Assembly: GCA_032718475.1 (NCBI GenBank)
Contig: JAUCBJ010002501.1
Location: 12,675-76,674 of the forward strand
Source of the DNA: Nemertoderma westbladi
Taxonomy: Eukaryota > Animalia > Xenacoelomorpha
DNA: 64,000 nt
Direction of reading: 5' to 3'
The number at the start of each line of letters is the position of its first letter. Position 1 is the first letter of the stretch. Position numbers and translations under genes: made by a program. The notes under the pieces were generated by a model, which worked only from the letters and a program-made list of their open reading frames with translations, searched no databases and was not told the DNA's origin. Below, one piece after another: positions 38,086 through 50,986 of the stretch.

Positions 38086-38909
38086 TGGAAGTAAGGTCCA
38101 GGGGCGCTGAAAAGGTGCAGCTATGCCGCGCGGCCTACATACAGTACGTGCTTACATACAATATGTTTGTGGATATTTTGCTTGGTAAAACGCTTACACT
38201 TAGTTTCAGTTTGCAATTGGGATACGGTTATACTGTCCGTCCCTAAGTAATGGTGCAAATAACAGACTGTATGACGATACAGATGTTTTATGAGTGTACT
38301 GTACGGGTTATTTTAGTGGCCAGAAAGGTGATTTATGAAATGTAACCATGTTTAGAATTAGGCCAGCTGAACCCGTGCAGTTAGTGTCTTATTGTACAGT
38401 ATAAGTATTTTTAAAAAAAAATTTAAAAATTTTTTTAGTTTAATTGTCATATCCAGTGTTAGTTATTTTATTATACAGTATAGTTAATTTAAATTGTTTT
38501 TATTAATTGTCATATTTAGTGAGTTCACTGTGAGTTTGTTAATTAGATGATTTAACATTACAGCCACGGTTACGCCAGTAATTATGTCTAGGTATATTAT
38601 ATTGCTAGGTGATCTAAGTGTTTAGGGGGTTAGTTTTTTACACGGTGCTGTGATGCAACTATGCTGCTGTTTGTACCGTAACAAGTCTGGAGACTGTACT
38701 GGATGCTAGGCCAGGCCAGTCCCAGCAAGGCCACATGCATCTGGCTGTCTGGCAGGCGACGCTACATTCAGCAGTGTCTCGTATATTATGATTGTGGTTA
38801 ATATTTATTTAATTTTGTGTCTTTAAAGTTCCTGTCCATTGCTGCATTGCCCTATTTCAGAGAGTTTCACTACCGGTAGTAGGCCGTTTTCCCTTTGTTT
38901 ATTATTGTG

Positions 38910-38949
38910 ATACCCTGATGATGCCCCGAGGGGTGAAATTGATTGGTAT
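38910..38949 (+). ncRNA. Minimal hammerhead ribozyme in the PLE pseudo-LTR
   Basis: AUACC CUGAUGA U GCCCC-GA-GGGGU GAAA UUGA UU GGUAU. Confidence 0.78.
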
Positions 38950-39958
38950 GTTCAGTTATTATTAGTTTTAATTAAATATCAAACGGGCGTATAAAACTCC
39001 AACGTTGTTTTATTGTTCGAATTCCCCCAGTTATACTATTGGTTGATGGCCAAATGACATTGAATCTGTGATTAAAATGCTGAGAGAGAACCACATTCTC
39101 ATAACTAATTGTCTCTATCCTCTCTTTGACCCCTGTCGCAGTGCATATAGATCTCAATTATATATAGTGTTTCATGGAAGAAGCCTCTGATAGATACAGC
39201 AATGAATGACTCTCTGTCTGTGCCAGTTTTAATTCGTTCACAGTGCTGGTATATATTTTCCTTCTTTCATGAAAATGGCTGTGCCACCTTTGCCTCTCAC
39301 TGTCATTTTAGGTATGGACAATGGTCATGCCTTCAGTGATAGTGAAAAGGCAGTAGTTGTAGCCCTTATGCATTATCTCGTCCCGCATCCCTAGCCAGTC
39401 TTCCTGGATGATAAAGATGTCTGGTCTGTTCATTGTGAGAAAGTTATTAATGTATTGTTTATTCCTGGTATATCCTTGACAGTTATAGGTAGCAATACTG
39501 ATTTTGGTTATCCATCCTATCCATTGGGTGTCTCATATCATCAGACTAGGATAATTTATCAACAGTAGTATTAACAATTTATCAAGAGTCTATCAAGCCT
39601 GTCTTTAGACTGACTCAAGGTATTATTGGATTAATCAAGTTGGATCTTGACTATAATCAGTTTATTTGAGATATATTATCTTTGTTGGATTTGGATAAAA
39701 TTAGAAATACTTCTCGTTCTTAAACCACATGGAGCAACATAAAATGGCTAATACAAGATTTGCCGTCATGTAAATTGTGGAAAGAAAAAGAAAATAAATA
39801 TTACTCATTTCATATGCTATAGCCAAAACGTTTAATATTGTACATGGTACCATTGTATTCAACACAATGATGGTTGCTCTTTCATACATTTAATAACATG
39901 CCTACACTACTAACTAATGTACAGGTTAACAGTATATTATGACGATGGGCTTACTGAT

Positions 39959-41221
39959 TTAATATAGAGTACTCCCTCTAGCTCTAATGATAACTAGATA
40001 GCTAATGATTATGATGAGAAATGGAACGATGGGAAGACTAATCAATGAGGCAGCTGATTGGAAACCAAAATAGTCATCTAACATTCCTCCAAAGAGCGCA
40101 CCTATGATGTTTCCACAAGCCAAAGATAACCTAACAATTTGTTGAACCAATGTCCGTATATCGACGTTATCTGTTCTGTCCTTTAATGCAATGCGAGTTA
40201 GAGTTTCTGTACCGCAACTAATAAACAATCCTACACCGACTCCGAGAAAACAGCATCCAAATATTGACAATGGCAGACTCAATGGTAACCCTAGCAACTG
40301 TGTTGGTCCAATCAATTGCATGGAAATTATTATTGAAACATATCCTATGATGGTGGGATACACTGGGTTTAGAAATGAACATTTCTGCATTACAAAACTC
40401 ATTGCAAACACGGTTGCAGCAGATGAAACAACATTCCCCACCATGATCAATCCGATGTTCATTTGTGGCATTTCGTAAACATCATGGACATACACAGCGT
40501 AGTTTGCAGCATAATATAGATATGTTGTTTCGCCAACTATTGTCAAAATCGATAGTGTACTAGTACAAAAGTTGCTAAGCAATGAAATCAAGGCGGGTCT
40601 TGGTTCGGTAGATGAAGATCTGTCATGTATATTTTCTGGAGACTCGAAACAACAATATAAATTTACAACCAATATGGTAATTCCTGGAATTAAAAATGCT
40701 CCTCTAAATCCAATGGTTGTGTATAAGAATGACCCAAGCACAGGTGCAGACGTCAAGCCTAGTTCAAGCATCACTTGTGAGATTCCAACAACCATAGTTC
40801 GATTGTGAGGATATAGATCCATTAGTAAGCTGAAACTATAGATGTAACTGATGTTTCCTCCAATAGCATCTAAAGTTCTAAAGATAAAGCATGTACAAAT
40901 ATGAACAGTATTGTTGGTGATATCCTCCACAAATCCGAATGCTGAAAGAGAAAGTGCTCCAAGGATCCCAAACACACCATAGGAGAGGCGACTTCCGAGA
41001 TTTATAATGGAGTTGCCACATGTGATGAATATGATAAGTCGTGCAGCTGGGTATATAGCTAGCACACTACCAGTCATGGTCTTAGACCAGTTACGACCTT
41101 CAACAACAATTGGGAAAAAGGAATCTAAAAGTGCAAAGCACAACCCTGGAACAACCTGTGAGAAAAAGAGAAATCCTGTGAGTATTATTTTCCTGCGGTT
41201 GATATCCATTATAGTTATCAT
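39959..41221 (-). CDS. MFS transporter, SLC18B1-like, copy 2
   Basis: Intact ORF; six amino-acid differences from copy 1 seen (I>V, F>Y, G>E, L>H, D>A, L>F). Confidence 0.82.
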   Translation of the reverse strand: MITIMDINRRKIILTGFLFFSQVVPGLCFALLDSFFPIVVEGRNWSKTMTGSVLAIYPAARLIIFITCGNSIINLGSRLSYGVFGILGALSLSAFGFVEDITNNTVHICTCFIFRTLDAIGGNISYIYSFSLLMDLYPHNRTMVVGISQVMLELGLTSAPVLGSFLYTTIGFRGAFLIPGITILVVNLYCCFESPENIHDRSSSTEPRPALISLLSNFCTSTLSILTIVGETTYLYYAANYAVYVHDVYEMPQMNIGLIMVGNVVSSAATVFAMSFVMQKCSFLNPVYPTIIGYVSIIISMQLIGPTQLLGLPLSLPLSIFGCCFLGVGVGLFISCGTETLTRIALKDRTDNVDIRTLVQQIVRLSLACGNIIGALFGGMLDDYFGFQSAASLISLPIVPFLIIIISYLVIIRARGSTLY

Positions 41222-41596
41222 TGATGGACCACCATATAAAAAACACAAGAAATAAAATATAGCACAATATATAACTATATAATACCAGAAGACTTATAAA
41301 TAACCTACTTTACTGTACTTGTTTACATTTATTTTACAATTATTTTAGGGTTTTCTTTTGGCTAGAGTTATTGGGATGACATCAGAGTGAAGTTCCCCAC
41401 TGCGAAATAGTGATAGTGAAGAATGGTCCTACACACAGTGATGTACACTATACCTTTCATGTAAGTATATAGCAAATGTTTAGAATGATCTTGGTAGGTA
41501 ATATTTTTGTCAACAACATTCTGATAGAAACCCAACTGGCATCTTTGGGGTTTTTCCTAAAAATTACCATATTCTACATCGGATCATTACTTATTA

Positions 41597-41785
41597 GACC
41601 GCGTTCAAATTACAGAGTCAAAGTCAAAAGACAAATGTAAAACGCATCACATGAAATTTAACTTTTTCTAGAATGCCCTTACGTATTATATTAGGCCTAT
41701 ATAATCTATTATTATTTATTATTGCTAGCTAGCTATAATTATTTTCTTTTGACTTTGACTGTGACTTGGTAGTGTGAACGCGGCC
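41597..41785. mobile_element. PIF/Harbinger-type MITE, duplicated copy
   Basis: Same element as 26078-26268 with a mutated left TIR. Confidence 0.75.
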
Positions 41786-44700
41786 TTATGCAAAAACAAT
41801 ACGATTTTCGAATCTCAAGTTCGAAAAAAGTGTTCCAGAACTTTTTTACTCACCATTATTCCAATGGAAACAGCCACGGTTTCAAGTTATAAAGTGTGCT
41901 AATCTTAAAGACTATGAACTTTTAAGGTGAAAGAATTTAAAAGAGAAATTCAATAACACAATTGCATAAACTCATAATCAAATCTAATATATTTAAAAAC
42001 CATTCATCAATTGCAATAGATGTATTAAATTCAACTATCTGCCAAATACATTCAAAATACATAATTACATATTTGTCTCCAGCAAAAATAAGTGAGGTGT
42101 GACTGGATTTAAAATTGACAAAAAAGTGTGTCCTATAGCGTTACATCATAGTATTCTCCATAGAGATTACTATGATGTAAGTTCAACAGTAATGGAAATA
42201 AATATGTACAATTTAATATATTATAGGGATGAAATAGGATAAAATGTCTTAACCATTCCTTGCGAGGATTTCTTAATGGCAATTTATATAAAACCCTCAA
42301 TGATCCTCAACTGGGCATCAGTGTGATTATTGATGACAATCGTATTACCACAATACAAAATATTTACTATATACTCCCATGCAAGGTTCAGTGAATAAAA
42401 GTTCGTTCAATAAATATGCCGGATTATCAGTGAGGTTTCATGCAAGATCCATGCATGATTAGTATTAATTCATTCAGTCATATGTGGAATCAACTTCAGG
42501 GTATCAATAATGAATTTATATGGGGATATAAAAATTCATTTGAAGTGTCATGGGTGACACACTTGCTTTTTTTATCTTTATTATGGTGGTTGATTATTTG
42601 CAGCGAATTTCTCAACATAATACAGATGGTGTGGAAATACAAACAGACTGTGGTAGTAGCTGCCAGTAGTGCGAGAAAAGCGCCAATATATTTATTGGAC
42701 CTAGACTTTGCTGATGATGATCTGTGTTTAAAGTCAGCAAAATTGGATGGTGCAAAAGCAGCATTCATTATCAGTGTATTTATAAATGCTATGAATTCCA
42801 AAATTCTGATTGTAAACTTGGATTCCCCCCAGCAAGTCTTTGACTGTTAGAGTCTTCATTAAAATTTTGGTTGAAGTTATTGATCATGTAGTAGACTTCA
42901 GAAGTCAACATATTTTTGTAAACATTAGCGTCTTGGGGCTTTATAACAGCCCTTTTTAGTTTCTTATTTTAGAAAAACTACATCCCTTGAAGATTAAAAC
43001 ACCTATATGGGTCTAAGGGTCACAAATACAAAAACTGAAAATATTTTGTCGAGATTTTTTTGTTACTAGATGTACGGAAAATGCTTTATTTGCAGTAAGT
43101 GCAGAGAGCATTGAAATTTACAAGTAGTGAAAAACATAAGCTAGACTCATCACCAAAACCGACCACAACTACCACACTGCTATGAAGGCTCAGGATATAT
43201 GTACCAATTAATATGGTTTGCGTTTAAGTTAAAAAGTCAAATAATTCGGTCGTTGATAGATCGTGATCCACCAGCTTCCAAGGTGGGGGTGGGACCATCA
43301 CAGGTCAAATGCGAAGTGACATTTAGTAACTGCGCCAACAGAGGTTTAGCCAAACCTCTGTCGGTCATTGCTTGATGAGTGCAACACAACTAGAGTAAGG
43401 CAACGATTCTAAACATTTTTTTAAATTCCATGCACTTCACTATTTTTGAGAAGATGAAAAATGTTGTTAACATATGTAATATGGCTTCGTTCGCATTCAT
43501 CATGTGATTTTGGGTTGACAACACTATAGGCAGAGAGTTTTGCCATCGTAGTAATCTTTACACGGGTTCACATATGAAGATGTAGTTTGGCAAATGTCGC
43601 AATAGGTTAGCTTTGAAGAGATCAGGGAATTATCTATTCAAAACAAAGTTAAAAGTTATTACCAATTTTGGATAACCCAAAAACGATAAAAATAAAAAAA
43701 TTCTAAAAATCTTCAGGCTAGGGTTCATCGCCCATGTTATGGGGTTATAGAGAATTATGGTGCATCGCCGGCTTTACTTATTTAAAGGCAGGGGTCAGTC
43801 TTTCCAATCAATTACTTTATATTGTGTCATAAGTCAATAGCGTATTGCTATTGTTACTTAGTTGTTATGTCGCATTAGAATAATCAATGGCCGTTCATAA
43901 TGGATTATATTACCAGTAAAGTGTTGCGGTACAACGCCATCCTTTGTTATTACAAGAACTATTAATTCCTTCAAAGCCAATTAAATACGTAGCTATAAGT
44001 CTTTATTATAGTATTATTAAGTCTAGTATTGTTGTAAAGAAAGAAATCTCTCAGTTTTGAATTTCAGAAATGCCCCTCAAAATTATTAATGTACTATTTC
44101 AATAAAATACTAATTTGATATTGATGGACCTATTTTATTTCTTTATTATTACAGAATAACCTTAACACCTTAATAAAGAAATCCAACCCTAAAGACAGTA
44201 GTTGCGATGTTGTGAACCTCAAACTCTGCTAAGTATTCAATAGAGGATCATATCAAATGAATGAATAACACCTGTTCAGTTCCGTATCTTACATATTATA
44301 TTTAGTTACCAAAAATATTTAATAGTAATTTATATCAAATGTAATTACATAAATGATGTAAATTCTATGATGATTCATATTAATATAGATTTGAAGATAT
44401 AACTTACTACTACTACTACTACTAAACACTACTGACATAAATGTATGCAAATGTCAAGTCATATCATATTGTGAATAAAATTGCGAAATTTTTTTCGTAA
44501 TAACAATTTTCATAAAATTGTCCTTCATATTTGCGAAAAAATGTAGTGTTACTGAAATAATAATTACCGTATAATATTTTACAATTAATTTATGTTTGTC
44601 AAATGCTAATAATTGTGTTATTAGTACAAAATAAAGTGGCTAACACAAAGGTTTTGTATGGATATCCCACTCAAATTATCTGAAACCGGAAACAAACTGG

Positions 44701-45411
44701 TCAACCATGTGTTAGGGGTATAAAATTAAACTCCCTATCTCATGAACGTAAATATCCTTCATGCTTTTATGATGGTTTAGCATTTGCTCATCAACATCAA
44801 AGGAGATCCTGCTAGAACTTAACTGTATTTCAGTAATAATTGTTTTGGTAGTTGTTCTCCTATAACAACATCATACAGCACAAAGCAATTAATTCAATTC
44901 TTGTAAGGAGAATATTATAAATATTATTATCCCGCACAATTCCTGTTTCAAACGATTTATAACCAACTTAATTATCACTGGCATTGGATTTTATATTGTG
45001 ACACAAATGCTCTACGACTACTACTATCGGCATGCTGCATTGCAGCTGCATTATATATATTACATTTATATTAAGAATGCTGTGTCGGCATGTCGACAAA
45101 ATTGCGCAGCCGAAACTCCCTATCCGCATCTTCAATACCATTCATTGTCCTTTAAGAGGCGTCTGGGAGAAAGTCATGAGCTGTCCGTGCTTGCGAAAGT
45201 CATGGGGGGAAGGGAGTTGTGGCGGTGCAAATTTGTTGATAAGCCGGCATATAATTCTTAATGCACGCTGCATTGGGCCTGTCAATTGTGGATTGCATGG
45301 TGGCGACAAAATGTGGGACTGTGCTGTGCAAATCTTTAGTTTGTTTAGCACTGTTCGAATTTATAAGTTTGTCTTACAGTGTTTCATAAGATAATTAATT
45401 AATGTAGAGAG

Positions 45412-47575
45412 TACGGAGCCCCTAAAGGGACATTTAAAAAAAAAATGTTTCGTTAACTCGTGCGAACGACTTACTAAGTCGTGCGAACGACATACTACTG
45501 TAAGTCATGCGAACGACATACTAAGTCGTGCAAACGACTTAACTCACTCGTGCGTAAGACTTAGTAACTCTTGCTTTAACTACTTACTTACTTACTACTT
45601 ACTTAACTACGACTTACTAACTTTACTTTGATAGGCTAAATAATACTGGTAATAAAAGTACAACCTTTTTAGCGGAATTTTCAATTCAATCTACAGCATT
45701 GTTGTTGATGGCATTATTGGTTGAAAATACTATTATCGATGTCTGAACGTGCTCTGTTAATATTGACGTCCTTTAACTTAGGCTGACAATACAACCGACA
45801 TATTGTAGCAAATTATAATATATTTAACACATTAATTTTATTGTAACTAAGTCACTGAATTGCTGTATTATCTACGGTCGGGGCTGTTAGATAAGCTGAT
45901 TATAGTGTCAGGTGTAGTTGCTGTGTTGCTAAGCAACATTCCCATCTCACTATTGTATCGAACAGCTGTAGTCGAAATCTCAGGTTTTGGGGGGAGGTGA
46001 GATAGGTCCTACTATTTAGAGTGTTGTACAATATTGTGACTCCACCACAATATTCGATTTAAATAAAGTACGTACCCGTATTTCACTTTCAGGCTCTCGT
46101 TTCAAATTTCACTCATTCGCTTACACTCGTTCTTAATAAAATTAATTCGAATAAGTAATGCGTAACATCCCTAATGAAACCAGTGGGTGCATTGATGGAT
46201 ATACCCGGAAAATGATTTGGTTGAACATGTATAACACCAACAATGACAGTAAAGTTATCGGGGGCTACTTCCTGGAAACGACAACTGAGAACAAGGGTGC
46301 TCCGCGGATTGTTCTTGGGGATTTTGGAACAGAAAATGTTCGCGTTCGAGACTTTCAGAAGTTCATCCGCAGAGATCACACTGACAATATGCAACAGACC
46401 TGTTACATCGATGGCGCGAGCACAGCTTAGGATAATTTCATTATTTAGTTTTAAAGCAGATTAAATTAGTCCGTATGTTAGGCCTAAGTTAAAGTACGTC
46501 GATATTAACAGAGCGCGTTCAGCCATTGATAATAATATTTTCAATCAATAATGCCATCAACAACAATGCTGTAGATTGAATTGAAAATCCCGCTAAAAAG
46601 GTTGTACTTTCATTACTAGTATTATTTAGCCAATCAAAGTAAAGTTAGTAAGTCGTTCGCACGAGTTACTAAGTCGTTAGCACGACTTAGTATGTCGTTC
46701 ACATGACTTAGTGAGTCGTTTGCATGACTTAGTAAGTCGTTTGCACGATTTAGTAGTCGTTTGCACGACTTACTAAGTCGTTTGCACGACTTACTAAGTC
46801 GTTTGCACAACTTAGTAAGTCGTTCGCACGACTTAGTAAGTCGTTCGCATGACTTAGTAGTCGTTCGCATGACTTAGTAAGTCGTTCGCACGACTTAGTA
46901 TGTCGTTTGCACGAGTAAGTTAAGTCGTTCGCACAACTTAGTTAAGTCGTTCGCACGACTTAGTAAGTCGTTCACACGACTTAGTAAGTCGTTTGCACGA
47001 CTTAGTATGTCGTTCGCACGACTTAGTAAGTCGTTCGCACGACTTAGTAAGTTGTTCGCACGACATAGTAAGTCGTTCGCTCGACTTAGTAAGTCGTTCA
47101 CACGACTTAGTAAGTCGTTTGCACGACTTAGTATGTCGTTCGCACGACTTAGTAAGTCGTTCGCACAACTTAGTTAAGTCGTTCGCACGACTTAGTAAGT
47201 CGTTCACACGACTTAGTAAGTCGTTTGCACGACTTAGTATGTCGTTCGCACGACTTAGTAAGTCGTTCGCACGACTTAGTAAGTTGTTCGCACGACATAG
47301 TAAGTCGTTCGCTCGACTTAGTAAGTCGTTCACACGACTTAGTAAGTCGTTCGCACGACTTAGTAAGTTGTTCGCACGACATAGTAAGTCGTTCGCTCGA
47401 CTTAGTAAGTCGTTCGCACGACTTAGTATGTCGTTCTTACAGGGTTAGTTTAAGTCATTCTCTCGACTTAGTATGTCGTTCGCACAACTTAGTAAGTCGT
47501 TCGCACGACATACTAAGTCGTTTGCACGAGTTAGCGAAAAAAAAAAAATTTCAATGTCCCTTTAGGTGCTCCGTA
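45412..47575 (+). mobile_element. IS3EU-like non-autonomous element, copy 2
   Basis: Same termini as 32303-33812, with a longer right subterminal array. Confidence 0.75.
46645..47532. repeat. 21-bp tandem array (CGACTTAGTAAGTCGTTCGCA)n
   Basis: Each unit contains the palindrome CGACTTA-G-TAAGTCG; the ORFs repeat every 7 aa. Confidence 0.95.
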
Positions 47576-49233
47576 AGTAAGTGTAAGATAATAATATAAA
47601 TTGGAGATGAGCTGTTGCAACTGTAATCAATGATGTAATGTAAATTGTTTTGTTCAGAAGTGGAAAAAAATGAGAAAGAGCGTCACCAGGGGTTGAAGAT
47701 AATAAGTGTATGTAGAAAAATATTACACGAAAATATTACAAATCTTAATGATATTGTATCAAATTTTAAAACATATTCTCACTGGTAGTTTAGGTTAGCC
47801 TCATCACTTTTTAGGTTTTTCTATTTATTAATTATTTTTAACTTAGAAAATTTTTCTGGGTGATGATTCTGATTTACTATTTTCACTTTCAAACTTTTCA
47901 CTTTCCAGTGGTAGAGAGGCTCTGAGACCAACTTGTGCTGGAAATATATTATGTCACAAACGCAGTCCACAGCACCTGGTGGTATTTCCCCAGGGTGCCA
48001 GGAATAAAGGAAGATTATGTAGTTGTTATTATTATTTACTGGTAAACGAGTAGGTACCGGTAGCCTAGCTTTGGCAGGAATACTGATAATGAAACACAGT
48101 CTGGCAGTACCTAACAGTAAACGACTCCGATTCACTGCCTGAATTGAATGTGTGCTGTGACATAAACTGAATGTGTGCTGTCGCATATAATGAAAATTGA
48201 GTTAATTGCTAATAAGCCACTCTATACCACTGGACGTGTATATACTGTTAGCCTATGTTGGTTGAACTGCAGCATCATGAGTGGCCGCAAATAGTCTAAT
48301 GTTATTGTGGGCATGAAATCAAAGAGAAATGGAAAACAGATAAATGTCCAGTGTGCTTACAACCACTTCCACCGCCGGATTGCGAACCTACTCTGCTGCT
48401 ATCGAAATCTGGAAATTGCTACCAGGTAGGCCTACCAGTACCACGGATTCATTAACTATATCGTGACAGCCAAAGAAGAAATCCACTGGTTTGAAACAGG
48501 TTGCTGCAGTTCATAGATCGGTAATTCCATGGTCAGAATTGGAAGGTAGTGAAAGTATAATAATGTACTATACGTAATATACCAATACCCAAACAATGCA
48601 GTACTGTTGATTTAGTGCCAGAGGTTAAGCTCAAGTGTGATAAGAACAATATTGATGAAGGAGTTACAGTTTATCACAAACTAATCAGAACATTTGTGGC
48701 GGATTTGAAAGAACGTGAAGTCAAACATACCATTGCAGAAAGTGTTTGTGAAGTTTATCCGTAATTTAAAGCGCATCACTCACATTTGAAAGAGCACTAC
48801 AGTGTTTCTAACAACCTTTTATTTGTGCTATGATTATAGAGCTAAAAGGAACAAAGACGCAAAAGACGGTGATTCAGATTTAAAGATAGCATCATGAACA
48901 AAATGCACTTCTAGTGAAGTAGAGAATGAAGAATCGGAATATGTGTGGGGAATGATATGGCATGGGAAGGTGGTGGTTTACAAAACGTAACTTTATTGTC
49001 AGAATATTAATTCCCCAACTGCCATTGCTTGTGTGTCGGATCTTCATCTTGTCTGTGGTCATATCAGCTCCAATTCTAGCTCAAAGGTTCAAAGGCTACT
49101 TTTATACAGTAGGTTCAAAGGCTACATTTATTATCATTATAATAATAAATAGAGCAATCTCAAGGAGATATTAAAATTTTAAATAAACCTATGATTTTTA
49201 ATAAATTCCATATTAATAGTTGATAATCTGTAA

Positions 49234-49288
49234 GCAGAAGTGGTCTAAATATAGTAGCTGGATCATGCAATCGCGAGTTTGAATCCCA
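49234..49288 (+). other. Degenerate tRNA-like/SINE head
   Basis: A-box-like GCAGAAGTGGTCTAA and B-box-like GAGTTTGAATCCC. Copy 1 is cut by the PLE within the B box. Confidence 0.4.
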
Positions 49289-49593
49289 CTAAAGATATTT
49301 ATGGAAAACCAACAGTTTATTCAGAAGCCACGATAAACCAATGGCTACAGTATAACCAACGGTTTGAAACAAAAAACATGGTTTTCGAAAATATCATGGA
49401 GTTAAAAATGCACCAAATAAACTAATAGTTTTTTCCTAAAAACTGTTGTTTTTTTCGGGAAAAACCAACAGTACGTTTTTTCAGTGTATTAAAAGGGATT
49501 TTTAATCTGTTTGTTGTTTGTATTGCGGTTAATAGTAACCCAGGTAGATTCACCATTTTGGAGTGTTAAGTCTTTACATTGAGTGAAGTAACT

Positions 49594-49822
49594 GACACAC
49601 TGACATGCCACTAATAAATAATCACCAACACGGAAAACTAATCGCGGTGATACAGCAATATGTTTAATATGGTTAATTTAACGGTTAATAACTTTTAAAT
49701 AATTTAAGTTAATTTAAATAATATGGCAATGATTACGGTATGTTTAAGATATATTGCTGTATGTACCACCGCGATTAGTTTTCCTTTTTGCGATTATTTA
49801 TTAGTGGTGTGTCGTCAGTGTG
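49594..49822. repeat. Imperfect foldback (MITE-like) element
   Basis: cacactgac...ccactaataaataatc...ggaaaactaatcgcggtg is mirrored by caccgcgattagttttcc...gattatttattagtgg...gtcagtgtg. Confidence 0.6.
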
Positions 49823-50213
49823 GAGTGGAGTTGTCTGTGAGTAATGTTTCAGTGAACGTGAGTACATCCAAGCGTCTGTTAACTAGTGTGAGGTAGTCGA
49901 GAATATAATTAAAGTTTTTTGTAATGGTAAAACAGTTAAAGTTTAAAATTGTAAAATTGTGAGACACTTTTCACTTATCAAAATAACCACCATTAATATT
50001 GATATGATTGAACTTTGTTTCTGGGTAAATATGTTAATATAAATTAAATATATATTAAATATTGAAATACATTGTTTATTTCTGAAAATATATTGGTCAT
50101 TTGCAAATAATCTATAAAATTATCAGAGTCGTTCTTTACCTTTACATTTAACTAGTGACGGGCCTAGCGGCCCGATAAGGAACCGACTTTTCATTTCAAA
50201 TAAAAGAGACAAC

Positions 50214-50986
50214 GAGCTTGGCTCGGTCTGGCATGATTGGGCACGATTCAGTTCGAATTGGCTTGATCGGCTCGGTTTGGCTCGATTGGGCTCGACTCGG
50301 CTTGATTGGGCTCGACTCGACTCAGCTCGATTCGGCTCAATCGGCTCGATTGGTCTCAACTCAGCTCGGTTGCGCTCGAATCGGCTCGATTTGGCTCAAC
50401 TTGGCTCAGTCCGGCTCGACTGGGCTCGGTCCGGCTCAATTGGGCTCGACTAGGCTTGATTGGGCTCGACTCGGCTCTATTGGGCTCGACTCGATTCGAT
50501 TGGGCTTAACTCGGCTCAGTCTGGCTCGACTCGGCTTGATTATGCTCAACTCGGCTCTGTCCGGCTCGACTCAGCTCAATTGGGCTCGACTCGGCTTGAT
50601 TGGTCTCGACTCGACTCAGTCCGGCTCAATTTGGCGTGACACGGCTCGACTCGGCTCGATTGGGTTCTGCTCGGCTCGGTCTGAGTCGACTCAGCTTTAT
50701 TCGGCTCGATTGGGTTCGACTCGGCTCGGTCTGGCTCGACTTGGCTCAATTGGGCTCAATTCGACTCAATTGATTGGGATTGATTGGGCTTCACTCGGCT
50801 CGATTTGGCTCAAATTGGCCCAGTCTGGCACGATTGGGCTCGACTTGACTCGGTCCCGCTCAATTGGGCTCGACTAGGATTGATTGGGCTCTACTCGGCT
50901 CTATTGGGCTCGACTCGACTCGATTGGGCTTGACTCGGCTCAGTCTGGCTTGCTCGGCTTGATTGGGCTCAACTCGGCTCCATTCG
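50214..50986. repeat. Degenerate pentanucleotide satellite (GGCTC/GACTC/GATTG)
   Basis: 5-nt periodicity throughout. Confidence 0.9.

Larger units (their letters stand above)
35635..39037 (+). mobile_element. Penelope-like retroelement (Neptune-type), 5'-truncated, frameshifted
   Basis: RGDKTGNVII, FKDHK, KGLGMG, FVDDGL, FLDMEL (PLE RT), Cys linker CNRKCLTC, C-terminal GIY-YIG NVLYIITC...YIGQT...LRERMNKHR, and a hammerhead in the 3' pLTR. Confidence 0.92.
39038..49277 (+). repeat. Tandem segmental duplication, copy 2
   Basis: Colinear with 22693-35634; lacks ~2.3 kb (28013-30330) at ~43476. Confidence 0.95.

Noticed and set aside
46634-47599. Heptad-repeat ORFs and palindromic repeats resembling CRISPR or coiled coils
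   Set aside because: A spacer-less 21-bp tandem repeat inside a transposon end.
50123-50877. 219-aa low-complexity ORF
   Set aside because: Artefact of a pentanucleotide satellite.
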